This document shows, piece by piece, positions 24,228-40,113 of a stretch of DNA of 64,000 bases. Both the position numbers and the translations under genes were made by a program. This DNA comes from Moniliella sp. 'wahieum'. Taxonomy: Eukaryota. The notes beneath the pieces were generated by a model. It made no database searches. It was not told the origin of the DNA and saw only the letters and a list, made by a program, of their open reading frames with translations. The DNA lies in contig RSEE01000094.1 in the NCBI GenBank assembly GCA_003971905.1, positions 62,001-126,000 on the forward strand, given 5' to 3'. Numbering within the stretch: position 1 is the first letter of the stretch; every line of letters begins with the position of its first letter.

Positions 24228-26772
24228 GGCAGGCCGAAGCGGTCGAGAGCGCTCGCAGGAGGGGTGGATGGGCCGGTACCGATGGCGAGAGGGCCGATGG
24301 ATACGGCCGATGGAGAGACGGCCGATGGAGAGACGCCCATGCTGCGATGGGCAGCGGGCGCCGGACTGGCAGCAGACCCGCATGATGGATCAGGCAGATG
24401 CTGGCCAGAGCCAGTATATCATCCGCGAGCGCAGTTTCTTCCTGTGCTCTCGCCGCGAGTCACTAGCCACGGCACCGGCACACGCATCGGACATCACGTG
24501 ACTGTCGTCTCGGCAGGCCAGCATCTCCATCGAGGTGCCAGCGGAATTCTGAGTGGGTGAGGCCGATCGATGATTCACTAGTGCCAGTCCGACAACTGAC
24601 CCGACTGGCCACCGCCGAACGTACTGAACTGGCTGCCAGCAGGACTGACCCATAACTAGTGTCTAACAGCGGCTGTAGCATCACCGTGAACATCGAGGGG
24701 CGGCGGCCGCAAACGCGTCGTCGATTGAGCCACATCTTCAGAACCCAAGCTTCAGAGTTTTTACGGATGGAGCCTCAGAGGCCCGGGCGGCAGCTACTAT
24801 CAGTGTCGGTCTAGCGCCACCAAGGTTAAGGAACCAGGTATACCACAAAAGTCGAAGGCCTACTACACACCGCCAAGGCAGCAAATAATATGCGATTCGG
24901 GCTGGGTTTGATGGCATGCAGCTGCATGCACAGCGGATGGTGGCCTTCCCGAAACTTTCTATTAGATGGATGGGATCAACCTATTAACCGACCGCCCATG
25001 GTGCTTCGATTCCCACTTTATGTTGGTTCTGCTCGAGACGGTGGAGGCTATCACTGCCAAAAGGTGGGCGCGCAGACCGCAAATTCAGATTTCGTCCGTC
25101 GGCAAAGTACCGGCCCCGTATCGTCATGACCAGGGGGAAGAACGGTACTTGAGTGCGTCCGTGCAGTGGTATGCGGTGTTTTCTTGTCATAATCTGCTTG
25201 CACCCGCGGTCGATGTTCAGCCTTCTGCTACGTTGCGAAGGCGTTGCGGTTTCCTTGTATATCACCTTCCGGAACGGAACCGTTGGCCTCCGTTGGGTCC
25301 ACAGGTCCCTCTCACTGAATGTTGTCTACTGCAACAGTCCTCGGACCTCAGCCTCAGTACTGAGCGTCAGTCCACACTTGATGTGCACTTACTTCGCGAG
25401 GAACGGCATAGGGGGGGTACGGGGCCCTGAGCTGGAGAGAATGCGAAAGCTATATTAGGTGAACGAAATCGTTATGTCCATGACATGTGACAGTCCATGT
25501 GACAGGTCTCCGCCTCTCAGGACCTCAGGGTGAGGCACAGCCTCAGCCCCTGCTGCGCTCACGCGCTCACCCATAGAGGGCCTCCGGGATCTCCACCCTC
25601 TCAAAACGTCCAATATCCCACGTCCAAAACGTGCTCTATCTTGATAACGGAGTCGTGGTTATCAGTACGCAGGACACGTCACGCGTCAGATAGGTCCGCA
25701 CGCATATTTAACGACAGGTCGGAGTAACATGTGACAGGGGTGACTTTGGGCAGCAACCATCTCCGAAGCACGGTGCTGCTGCTGCGCTGTTGTGGAAACA
25801 TACAAACTAAACATACTTAAGGGGGACAGCTCAGGGATGCGGGCCCCAGTGCCAGCCACTCCCTCCTCTTTATCTGGCTTTAGGGATAGGGGGAAGAGGC
25901 CGCAGGCCACAGAAGGGCTTTAGACGGGGTCTTCCCCCCTGAGGGCGTGGGGCCGGGCCCTGAGGAGCCTGAAGTGAGGAGCTAGTGAGGGGAGGGCGGA
26001 CGACAAACGTCACAGGGCGTTGAACTGAAGATTATAAATGCGAAACGCGTTCTTGCAGCATCAAAATGGCCGAACCGAGGTCGTGAGCGCGTGAGCACCG
26101 ACGATCCGAGTTGAGCTTCAACGCTGATGCTGGTCTGGTGCTGAGAGGAGCACCGTGTCCTGTGGAGTTGCAAGTCACAGGGACGCGTGAGAGCTATATA
26201 GTAGTGCTGCGCTGGAGACCGTGACGGAGACAATAGATGTTGAACGTTCAAGTTGAACGTTACGTTGAACCTGACGAGTTAGTCGTTCAACGTTCAACGC
26301 TTTGAACAGGGGCGCTGTGGGGCGCTGTGGGCAACAAGTAGCTCGGGCTAGGGGTTCCCGGTTATGTCCTACGATACGACGTGTGACATGTGACAGTCAC
26401 ATGTGACACTCGGGGCAACCCGTAGCCGGGAACCTCACGCCCTGAGGGCATGAGCGCTGGCTGAGCGCCGAGCGCGCTCAGACTGAGCTGAGGCCGTTGC
26501 CCAGAGCGTTTATCATCGCTTTTCATTCTCGCGCATGTGGGAGACGAGCAGCGTGGAGAGGTTGACGTGTGACGTGTGTGACGCATGACGCGTGATGACG
26601 AGGAGACGGGTGACCGGTGATATATGATACGGGCCAAGGCGGCACTGCAGCGCACGGCGCTCTGCCGGGGCAGCGGTGCGCCTGACACTGGCGCCCTGCC
26701 GCCCACTGCTCTGGCTCTCCTCTGGCGCCGCGGTCTCCGCTCAGGCTGAGCTCAGCACCCTCGACGGACTGA

Positions 26773-29216
<2,444 letters not shown>

Positions 29217-30489
29217 TCCTTTCTCCTCGTTGCCCTCGCTTTATCATCTCCTCGCCTGTCCACATTCGTCCATTCCCAGACTCCGACCCCAACACGGCCT
29301 CAGTCCCCCCCCCCCCCCCCCTGCTCTGCTTCTCTTTTGCTGTTCATTCCCTCCTCCTTACCTCACCCTCCCCACCTTTACCACCCACTTCTCCCTTCAT
29401 TCCTTTCATGCTCTCACTATACCCCCTCCCCCCTCCCCCTTCTCCCTCCCCCGCCCTTCATTGGGAAGGGTCCCCTCGCTTGCAGGACTTGTGCGCCGTC
29501 CCCTTCCATATGTCCCTCTTGGTGGTTCCCCCCCGTCTCGTAGGCTTCCTCCAATCCTCATCTTACCTCTTGGGCCGTGTGGTTGTGACCACCCTCTCCG
29601 GTTGACTGTGGGTCGGGTCTACTGCGACGTCGTACAGGGACACGAGAAGCAGCAAGGACACTGGTGTATCGAATATGAATAACACCATTAATTAATCACC
29701 TACTGTGCATCCCATGTCACGCGACACGCGTCACGCATTACGCCTTTCCGTGAGCGCTTGAGCAGCCCCATCATCAGCATACCGCCTACACTGACGCTGC
29801 GCTTCGCTGTGGACAGGCGGAACGAGCCCGGCGGGAGGGAGGGTTACATACCTTTAAGTCCTTCGCATACCACAAGTCGATGGCACCGCATATGTACCCT
29901 TCATTGCCTGTGCCGGCACCGCTGTGGGCGCTGCCGCCCGGGCCGCCCCGCTCCCCGCTTCGCCCCTTGATTGAATATTGACAGGATACTAGTCCTGGTC
30001 CGTAATAGACTCTTCAAAAGCTCAAGAGTATAATGATGATCAATGATGATGTCGATGATGATATACATGGCGAAGTATAGCGACCACAGTCTCATTCAAC
30101 CGCAGTCTGGACGGATCAGATCGAGGACTGCGTTGCTGAAATCAGCGTCGGAATGACTGATGAGAGCGTGCTCAGCGACGCGGCAAAGGTCTTGGCAAAC
30201 AGCCGTTATGTGGATGATGTCCGCTTTCTAGAAGGTGGATGTCAGGAGGTTGTCGCTTGGCTGACATGTGAGACTGGCTCCACGAGTCCTCGCTGCAACA
30301 CCTCGTCCGAGGAGAGCAAGATACAAACAAGTGCATGCCCATTTATTCGTTACGTGGGACAGCGTAGTCAGATCTCAGAGCAGGTGCACACACACAGTGA
30401 TCTCGTTCTGGGGAAAGGCATGGGGCGAGTGTACCGAGGTGATCGATAGCCAGGGTTTTACTCCGCACTATAACATGGATTGCCTCTCG

Positions 30490-33400
30490 CATGCTCACAT
30501 TTGCTCTGTCGCCCTCTCCTTCCTGCTTCCTTTCCTTCGCCACCATCCGAGCCAAGCGCCTTCCTAAGCACTGCAGATGGCTTTACTGAGGGTCTGCAGT
30601 CTCAAGGGAGCGTCGACGGCCCTGGGACCAGCTCTACCAGCGCCCCCAACACCACCTCAATCACTACCATTACCTCACCAGCAACCTCGCGCTACTCCAA
30701 AGTTCTAGTTGGCACGCCGGCTGTTCGCTCGGGCAGCTGAAGGAGCTCAATGCAATTCACGGAGAACGATGGAGGATGTTCCCTTTCTACCCAAGACGAA
30801 GACCAGGCCTTCCCCACTCCCGTCTCGACCGCGGCCTTGCGCCGATGGAAGTCTACGGCACTGCTTGACGAAGAACGGATCAGTCGGTACCCATTCCCAA
30901 GCAACACGTACCCCCATTGAGCATGCTACCTGCTTTGGTATGCGACATGACTGCCTTTATTCGACCCACTTCAGCGTGAGAATGTGGCGGTACTGTTTGA
31001 CCCCAAAGCAACGGGTAGGGCAGAGATGATGGCTCTTGCATATCTTCTCACGCGGCCTGACCTTTCAGCTGAGATTCGATCGCTCAACTTCCCACCCTTC
31101 CCTCCACTTCAGGGAGAGGAAGCGATGCTGGAACCAATTGGCTCGTCGGGTGTTGAATGTAAGGAGGAAGCGCCCCCGCTCCGTAACACACCACCTGTTT
31201 TAAAGAGGAGACATCCCTTCCCCGTGCTAAACACCGCGGCCGCTCCACCTCCAGTCCAAACATAACAACGACTTGCCATCCTCCGCCTTCCAACAACCCC
31301 CCCATCAACAGTACACTCGGACGACCATTGCTCCTTCCCATCGGCGATCGTCCCTGGCAAGCGCACCCACCCTCAGCATTTGCAAGGTTCTCGCTCCAAA
31401 ATGGAACAGGCCGACACCACGCCAACAGCTCCGCTCCTTGCTTGTCCTCCAATGAACCAGATACAGCACTGTACCGACATCGGTGTCTTCCAGCCGCAGT
31501 CGAACACCCCGGACGCTGACGCCCAAGCCCATCTACAGCAAGTGCTTGATTTCTATACCGAGCAGACTCGGCTTCCCCTTCCAGGGCCAGGACAGTTCGG
31601 CATCACCGTTTGTCTTCCCTAACCACCAAACGAGCACGAGACTGGGCCCGGGCCTCTAGTCGAGCTCTGGAATCTGCTTACCCATCAGGGATGCCTTGGC
31701 CCACTTGGAGCAAATTCAAGTTTCCTCGTTCTGAAGCTTGGCCCATGCCCTTCTCCCGCTCCAAGAGTACTGATCTGGAACGAGAGAGGGTCACATCCAA
31801 CCTCTCCGATATGGATCACGGTGATCGCAGCCTTCACTTTTGGAGTAGGCCTTTGACCTCCCGCAGCATTGGTTCTCCTACACCCGGCACGCCCCCCCCA
31901 CTTCCCCGGGGAAGACGCGCCCATCTACAACGCTCGCCACCATTCGATCAACGCTGACGAGTGGTGGGAGCGGGCTGGGATGGAACCCGTGTCAAACGAA
32001 GAAGAAGTCATGTGGGAGGGAGGTGATTCGAGCCGGCATGAGCATACGAACCAAGAAGGGTCCTGGCACTGCGTTTGACAATTTCGACTCCCCGTGCGCT
32101 GGGACCCTCATCCTTTTATCCCGCCCCCTCAAAGGCGTTCCTTGGGCGAAGCAAGTCTAGAGGTTTACTCCCATGGCTTCAGCTCACACAACTCGTACCA
32201 TGACGGGTGCCGGATTAAGGGACCAAGTGATGGATAGAAACGAAGCGATGGAGGAGGAAGCTGATAACCCCCTATTTCGCTCTTTCTCTGTCCCGGCCCC
32301 CAAAGCCATTCGCAGCAACGGTCATCTGTCAGCTGGGGATCGACCAACGATCCCAACGATCCCCACTATAATGATTTCTGTGATGGCCCTTCCACTAGTG
32401 CCGCAAGCAAGGCTGGGGAGAAGTATGGGCAGTTGTCTCCCTCCCGCCTTCGTTGGCTGAGGTATTGGTCGAGGGTACTCGGCGGAACCGACCCACGTAT
32501 GGGAGTTCGATCGGTTCCCGTCGCACCCAAGAGGAAAGTGCATCTGACTCGCATCACCCTCGAGTGGAAAGCCCAAGCTCCGAGTTCGAACCCCAAATCG
32601 AAGGGAGCTACCCACTTGATAGAACAGGGTCGCCTGGCACCTTTCTTTGGCTTAAAGAGGAAAGTAAGAGTAAGGCCCAGAACATTTTGTCTTCAGGATC
32701 GCTGGGCGTTGCAAGGGCCAAGGTTAACCGGGTGAAGGAGGAGCTCCATCAGCGCATCAACTTCAACTTCAGTCCTCGAGCCAATAATGGATTCGTTCCA
32801 GGGCACGCCTGAGTATGCGGTCATCGGTTGCCAGTGGGGACATCAATCGTCCAAAACCGAAGCCCTCTGTTGCGGGCGCGTTGATGGTGGCTACAACGCC
32901 TGCTTCTCTGGCGGGTGCATCGGCAGCGGCAACCATTGCTGCAGCATCGGCCAATGTCACGGCAAGTGGAACTACTACGATGTCACGTCCGCACCTCCCC
33001 ACTGTGCAATTGGGTCGTTACGACGATTCCGTCTCAGGGATGCTGGAGAGATGGGCGAAGTGCCCGCCAACGGCACCAAACTGGGGGGACTTTTTCCCGG
33101 GGGATGCATCCTATGATTTGGAGCTCCGCATGCCCCGTATGTTGGACGATTTATTGGTGGCCGAGGCCGAGGGAGGGACAGAGGCCCCAGACGATGGTTC
33201 AGCCTCGCACACTGAAATGCCACCACAAGAAACTTTGGCAGGATTGCGCTCCAAGATGGCATCGAAAAACACCATGGGAATCAATGTTGATGCCGAGGCC
33301 GAGACTACTCGGCAGTTTCATTGGTCTACAACGGCAGACGGGAAGGGAGAGATGGCTATCAATTGGTGCACTGAATGACATTCCCACCTCAGAAGCCGAG

Positions 33401-33785
33401 ATGCTCACTTCATCTGAAGGAACTGTCTCATCTCCCACCCCCGCTCTTCGGTGGTGAGGCAAGAAATTACCAGTGGCCTTCCCCACTTCGAGTTGGATTC
33501 GGAAAGGAAGTGTGCATCAAACTAACCCTTCCTAGAAGCGAAAGGACATCCCCCACCTGCCCCCCCTCATTACCCCCGTACAGGAGGCATGGGCTTGGAT
33601 CATACCCTGCTTTGAAGAAGCATACCCTATCACAACGGCACAGAAGGTTACGACACTTCGCTTGTCCCCACGAGATTGATTCCCCAGGGAGACCGCTGCC
33701 GTCTGATTTGCTTGCTGTCGAGGTGCAATGGTCTGCTGCCTCTTCGGATGTACCGATCAACCTGGACGAAGTGCCCATGCTTTGA
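30490..33785 (+). CDS. Possible long, low-complexity hypothetical gene broken by frameshifts
   Basis: A chain of overlapping Pro/Ser-rich plus-strand ORFs (e.g. 30984-31265, 31610-31957, 32815-33378) and a hydrophobic stretch near 30490. No domain recognised; boundaries uncertain. Confidence 0.3.
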
Positions 33786-34143
33786 TCCACCCCTACCCGT
33801 GAGACTGCTGACGATGGCGCTTTGACGCGTTTTTGACGACACATTGAAACGACATCGTACACGAATAGACACTTTACGACTCAAAGAGAACCTTTTCAGC
33901 AACGCCCCCCCCTCCTCATTCTCTGACTTTTGGACATTGACCCCGGGAACGACACTGGGCGCATTTCCTCCAACTAAAAACGGATAGTACACTACAATGG
34001 ACCTGTCTTTTGGATACTTTTTGCATTCCTTATTCAATGTGTGTACGCTAATAACAGTACAGCATGAGCAGAACAAGAGCATAATTATGCACGTAGATAA
34101 TAACGTATAGGAACAGTTGAGGCTGATCACAAAAGAAAGCTGT

Positions 34144-34999
34144 CTACGCATGGACCGGATTGCTTGGCCTCTGTTGGCTACAGCCTGTTACCACATTTTG
34201 GCGGTACCAAGCCAACTCTGGCATTCTAGTCAGTACTTGTAGTTAGATCCGTACAGATGAGTAGAACATACGATTAATCGAATCCTGAATGTCGGGCAGG
34301 GCGCGGTGGATACCTCTTTTGGAGCGGGTCTGGTCGAAAGCTTCGAGCTCGGAAGGGTACCAGCGCCGAGTTAACTCATAGACCGAAGAGACGTCAACGA
34401 TGCGATAGTGCAAATAGTCAACCACCTGTGTGTGTTCCTCATAAATTAGTACTGAGCTAACGAAAAGATGGGCACAAAGACACACTGAAGGGAAAAGACG
34501 CATCATGAAGAACTTGTCCATGTGAACGGAATTGCCGGCGAGGGGGGCGGTGCGAGCTTCCTCAACCCGCTCTTGTATGTACTGAAGAATGTAACGCTGT
34601 GCTTGATCCAGAGTTACTGACGTGCAGGATCGAGACATGCACTGATCAAGCCCGACTCGCCATGGGTGGTTTGGCACCACGATCCATGGCGTCTAGCTGG
34701 GCCTTGTCGGTGAGGATAGTGTAGGTAACTCCACCGTCCATGGGCTTGAGGTTTCCATCGGTTATAATGACGGCGATCTCGATAATTGTATCGTTAAATA
34801 CGTCAAGTCCTGTCATCCTGGCCACGCGCAGTTTAGTGGAGGCGTCTGGGTCGTTGGGACGGAAGGGGGTCAGAAGAGGAGACACTCGCAGTCGATCCAT
34901 ACCAACGGCGAGTCACTGCTTTGGAGGGCGGGGCGGGTTGGGGGAGGGGGGCTCTGATTCGTGTGGGCCTCTGCCGGGGGATGGTCCGGGTGCTCCCAT
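34144..34999 (-). CDS. REX2: Oligoribonuclease (Orn/REX2, DEDDh exonuclease); about 3 introns; start approximate
   Basis: PLVWIDCE|intron|MTGLD, IIEIAVIITDGNL, APLAGNSVHMDK, YLHYRIVDVSSVYELTRRWYP, HRALPDIQDSI and LAWYRQNV. Confidence 0.9.
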
Positions 35000-35625
35000 C
35001 TGTCCCGTGATTAATGATTCGCGATCGAGTGGAAACGGTGGTGGAGGGTACCAACTCGAGGACGGGCAATGGCACTGTGGGTCTGGGCCGACCAAAATCC
35101 ATCATGCGTCCACGTTGAACTCACTCAACGTTCCACAGTGAACTATTTTTACTAAGTAGATTTCCCCTGTCTCAGTTGATGTGATGCGTGATGCATGATG
35201 CATGATGGGAGTAATTTTAGGTGTTAGGGTTTGCCAACGATGTCAAAAAATACTGCAAAGTGACAAAACGCATAAGCCCATGGCACGTGACAAAGCGATC
35301 ACCGACCCATGATCGATGATTCAGGGTTGGACATCTTCTCTGCGTCTGCTAGCCGATGCGTGACGGAACAAGAATTCCGCTGCCTGGAGGGCGGTTTCAT
35401 GTTTCAAACTGCGGCGTTGCCTGAGACCATTCCGCCCAGCGGAATAGCTCAATCCGTTTACCACGCGAGGACACGACGAGCAACCATCACCACCTCTCCT
35501 TTCTCGCGTGTGCTACTACACCCGCCTCCCTGACGGCGCGAGGGCAGCGCTTGACCCCCTGACTGTACCCCCCCCACACACATTAGGTGCTGGTGTTGGA
35601 AGAGCCATTGGCGCTGTGGCCCAGG

Positions 35626-36186
35626 ATGTTTTTCTCAAGGACCTGACCCACACCATCAACCTTCACCCCTTCTTTGGCCCCGCTATGGTCAAGTTCCTCG
35701 AGGCCAAGCTCAGGGATGACGTTGAGGGGACGTGCACAGGGCGATACGGATACATTATTTCTGTTATCCGTGTCACGTCTATCGGCGACGGCACCGTCCT
35801 GCCCGGTTCGGGCCTGGCGGAGTTCAAGTCGACATACAGTGCCATCGTCATGAAGCCTTTCAAAGGTGAGGTCGTCGATGCCATGGTCACGTCAGTTAAC
35901 AAAATGGGATTTTTTGCTTCGGTTGGCCCGATGACTATCTTTGTCTCCACCCATCTTCTTCCGGTGGAGTACAAGTTCATGCAAAACTCGAATCCTCCCG
36001 AATTTGCTTCGACCGAGGCTTCCATCACTCCTGGCTCTAAGGTTCGCCTGCGTATTCTCGGTCTTCGGGCCGAGGCGAGCGAAATTGTACGTGATGAATC
36101 CTGCTTGAAATGCTCTTCTCACAACTTCCTGGTGCCAGTTTGCCATTGGAACGATGAAAGAGGACTTTTTGGGACCAACCGAGTAA
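35626..36186 (+). CDS. RPB7: RNA polymerase II subunit RPB7; intron 36087-36138; a 1-nt deletion just after the ATG
   Basis: (MFF)LKDLTHTINLHP, DVEGTCTGRYGYII, KPFKGEVVDA, VNKMGFF..GP and the spliced C-terminus FAIGTMKEDFLG. Confidence 0.95.
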
Positions 36187-36965
36187 GGACGAGAACATGG
36201 ACCACTTTGTGGCAATCAGGGGGGGTCGAGACTCTACGTCCCAAAAAAGTGAGCCGGGAGGGCTGGCTCTGCCACCTCGATTGGTTGTCGCTTGCATACC
36301 ACGTCCCCTCGCTGCCGTGTTCCATGCCTCTGCGTCCCTTGCTCCCTATCGTACGTTACCGCATACCGCTCTCATTCGTATTTTTATAGCGTTCTCTAAA
36401 TAACACACATACGTAGAAATACATTTAGTAGGGAGGGTCTTGAATAGGAAAGAGCGAGACGCCGAATTCCTGTAAACACCAGATGTTGCATGTTGCAAGA
36501 TGCAAGAGACAATCCACTAGGGGAAATGAGGCCAAGCGAACAGGCAAGTCAATAATATCACTCCAGGTCGCATATTCAATGAATCTACACTTGCGAGGTA
36601 GGCAATAATCAACGCCCCAGTCCCAAAAACGCGCAGATCACCTACTCCCTCTCATCAGCAACGCCTATGACGCAACGCTTATGACAGATCCGAGTCATTT
36701 TGGGGTTCTGGGGCGGTAGAACAGGCACAGAAGAGATGAGCGCGAAGGATGAAATCCTTTTCTGCCCCATATGCATACGGGTCATAGAGCTATATCGCAA
36801 TATTGTTGTACAGTGTAGAACAGTGCTCCCGGCAATGAGGCTCCCTCAGAGGCTGACGTCTGTCTTGTGATAGCCAGGCCGTCCAACTCTCAAAGTGTAA
36901 ACGGCCACCTTGCCGGTAAGCCGCACCGCCATAAGGAAAGAATTATCACGCAGGTAATGTGCCAG

Positions 36966-38023
36966 TCAATCAGTGCTCAGTAAGTACTCACTACTGTCCA
37001 GTGGAAACCACTTGCTGAGCGCGGCAAAAATAGGCGCCCTCTGCTCTTTCGAGGCCACGTTAGGGGAGATGGCAACCGGCTTCAGGGTATTGCTGAACAA
37101 ATTGGCCACCCCTTCTTTGCGGGGATCCTCTCCGCCGGGTAGCGGCGCAGGATTGGCTGCTACCCAAAATGGAACTTCGGCGTAACCCCCGGGCCCGGTT
37201 TTTGCGCCACGTATGGTATCAGCATTGACAGCCAACTGGCACCAGGAAACCCGGAAGATTGCAACGCGTTGGTGGCAACGAAGCCTGGAAATAGGTGAGA
37301 AATACGCAGGTTGGGATGCTGCTCAGCCAGGGTCTGTCGTCCACAAATGGAACTGTCAGTCATTGATTCCAGCAATGTGGCACAAGTTTAGGGAAAGGGA
37401 AACGGACTTGGGTGAAGGCATCAATGACGGCAGAGTCGCGTGCACCGCGAGAAGGAGCACCCAGATGCCCTTATACACGCGCCCTGCACTGGTAGCCTTC
37501 GAAAGGTCCAAGTCATTTGGGTCGAGCAGCTTGGTTCCGCCTGCCCGGGAGCAGCGATGCTCGTGATACTGCGCTGGACCAAACCACGTTGCGACAAGAG
37601 ATAGGCAAAGCCGAACCGGCTTAAATCCTGGACGCAAAACGCGCGATCTAAGCCGGTTGAAGTGGTCAAGTCAAGGGCTTTGAGAGGTGGGCCCCCTTGG
37701 GTGAGTACGACATGATCCACTCCTTGACCCTTTGTCTCAGAGGCGATCTTGTCCACCACAGCCTGCACCTCCTTGGGCTCTGCCAAGTCGGCCAAGATAT
37801 ACGCATGCCCGTTGCCCTTTCTCCAGAGATGTTGCTTGAGCTTTTCAATAACTTGGGATGCAGCTTCCTGCGACCTCCCGACAACGAGAACGCTTGCTCC
37901 GGCTTGGGCAAAGCGCAAAGCAACACCGGCACCAATACCGCGTGTGCCGCCGGCGACGAGAACCTTCTGACCATCAAGGTCAACGGGGTGGTTGACGTTG
38001 GCAAGTTTGTTTAGGAAAGCCAT
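36966..38023 (-). CDS. Short-chain dehydrogenase/reductase (NAD(P)-binding); frameshifted; 3' end approximate
   Basis: Rossmann motif VLVAGGTRGIGAGVA, VLVVGRS, ADLA, VDHVVLTQG, SRF and ISHLFPGFVAT. Confidence 0.8.
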
Positions 38024-38432
38024 TGTTGATACGGCAGAAACACCAACGCCACAGAAGGAGAACGTGTCAAATCTGCGTTGGCACGTTGGAAATGGTGGGT
38101 TGGCCGATGGCGATGGGTGGTAGGCAGATGCAACACTCCGCGTGCGTAATTTTGTACCTGTGGGCAGGAGGCCCGTGCCCCGCCTAATCGCTCGGCACAA
38201 TTGCATCATCGTCTCCAACAGCCGCCTCCTTTTTCTACTACTGTGGCGGAGTTAGGAGTCAAAAATCAGGCTGAGTCCCCACTGCCAATCGTTCCACACC
38301 CTACTCGAATGATTCCCTCGAATACTAAAAAACCAATACTACTTCCATGCGAAGACAGCACTTTATCATATAAAATCAAATCAATGCAAGAACCCAGAGA
38401 GAGGATGGCGATGGAGGCAAACGATAATCTCA

Positions 38433-39876
38433 TCAAGCTTTCTTGCCCTTCTTCCCCTTTCCCTTAGTCTTCGCCTTGGGTGCCTCAGTCGAGACAGCTG
38501 CCTCGACAACTTTCTTTCCCTTGCCTTCCTTCTTGTTCGACTTGGGGCGGTGGAGGGGAGGGCGACCTCACCTCGGCCTTGCTTTTCTGGACAAGGTGTT
38601 GTCCGCATCATTCTCCGCATCGGCCGTCTCCGCAGACCCAACTTCTTCGATTGGGTGGTAGCCGTCTCCTCCCCAACCGCTGCGTCCTTAGCCTTACGCG
38701 TCTTCTTGCTCTCCTTCTCGGGCTTCGTCGCGTCGTCTGTGTCCTCAGCGCGCGCTTGCGTTTCGGCGCAAGCAACTCAGGAGCGAAGTCGGGGTTACCA
38801 ATCTCTTCAGCAGCCTTCATCAGGATCAGCAGTCTGGGTCTGGGCCCACTTCGATGCGCGAGCTTCCGCCTGATCCCGGGTCTTCTCCAGTTCGGTCTCC
38901 TTTGGTTCCAGCGTGACAGATCTTGCGTTGCTTGCTCCTTCTTTCCATCCTTGCTCTTGTCGTCTGCAGGAGGGGCACTGAGGAAGCAGTTCCACACTGG
39001 GAGTGATGCCGACCGAGCCAGCTTGACATCCAGAGCCTGAATGTTGGACCAACCACCAGGCAGATGCTCGACAAGTGCAGGAAGCGCCGTCCGCAAGTTT
39101 TCGGTCAATTGTTCCGGCGTGTGGGCACGCAAGTGACCGATGCGGAGCGCCACGTTGACACCGCGAGCGGGAATGTAAGCGGTGCAACCGATTGCAGCCT
39201 CAATAGTGGACTTGATCTTCTCCGGGTCGCGCAGATTAAGCAGGAGCGGCTGCTTTTTCGAATCAAAAAACTTGGAACCAAGCAAGCGAGGAAGGATCGG
39301 GGTCAAACGGTCATCGGCCAAAAAGAGGTCGTAGTCGTTCATCAGTTGGCGCCGGGCATCAAACGCCTTGAACTTGCCTTCCAGCTTCGTCACGCCCACC
39401 ACACGGTCCACAGACGTGACCCCGCGCTCGGCAAGCGTATCCTTCCACCACCGCTGAGGGTCGGGCGTAAGAAGCAGACGGTGCGTTTGCCTGGGCCGGA
39501 ACCCGTGAGTGGGTGGGCAAGCGGGATGCGATAGGGTTTGAGCCGCTTCTCGGTACCGCCCTCCTTGAGGGTGACGTTGACAAAGACCGACAGTTTCTTG
39601 TCCGACACGTCTCCATCGCGGAGTTCTTCGGCCGTCTGTGGGCCTCCCGCCAGAAGGTCGTTGGGGCCATCACCCTCAGACATGGTCTTGATCTGGTATG
39701 CGAGCAAAGCCGAAAACGCCTTGGTCGCCTGGCGCCACTCACTGGCCCGCAATCAGCTCCTCCTGTTTCGCGGGGGGAGTAGTCTTCGCGGGAGAAGGAG
39801 CAGACGCGGCTGACGGCTGAGCCTTTTTGTCGGCAGCCTTCTTGGCGGCCTTTTTGGTTTTGGGGGCAGGCGGCAT
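38433..39876 (-). CDS. Ribosomal-L1-domain nucleolar protein (RSL1D1/Cic1/Utp30 family); frameshifted
   Basis: LKPYRIPLAHPL, RVVGVTKLEGKFKAFDARRQLMNDYDLFLADDR, LLGSKFF..KKQP, QLTENL, GGWSNIQAL..SASLPVW and a Lys-rich C-terminus ending KGKKGKKA*. Confidence 0.88.
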
Positions 39877-40113
39877 GGCAGACACAGGTGGGGAGAGGTA
39901 GAGAAAGAGGCGAGCACCAGCAAGCAAAAACAAAACCACGACGCTCAATGAAGAAAAAAAATTAAGAAGTGAGACAAGCGGCGGAACGGACGGCGGGGGC
40001 CGGCCGAGGCGGAATGTGGGCCTAGCGCCATTTCCAGCTGAACAAGTCGTGGCCAGGAATCATTACAACGACCGCCATCTCCTTGCCCTCCACGCCATTA
40101 GCAAACTGGGCTC

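Noticed and set aside
32495..32600. T-loop-like GAGTTCGA words
   Set aside because: No acceptor stem or D arm could be folded around them.
35438..35510. tRNA-like start GCGGAATAGCTCAAT
   Set aside because: No D-loop GG, anticodon stem or T-loop (GTTCRA) follows.
35508..35625. N-terminal extension of RPB7 in the ORF track
   Set aside because: Artefact of a 1-nt deletion after the real ATG at 35626. RPB7 proteins start MFF.
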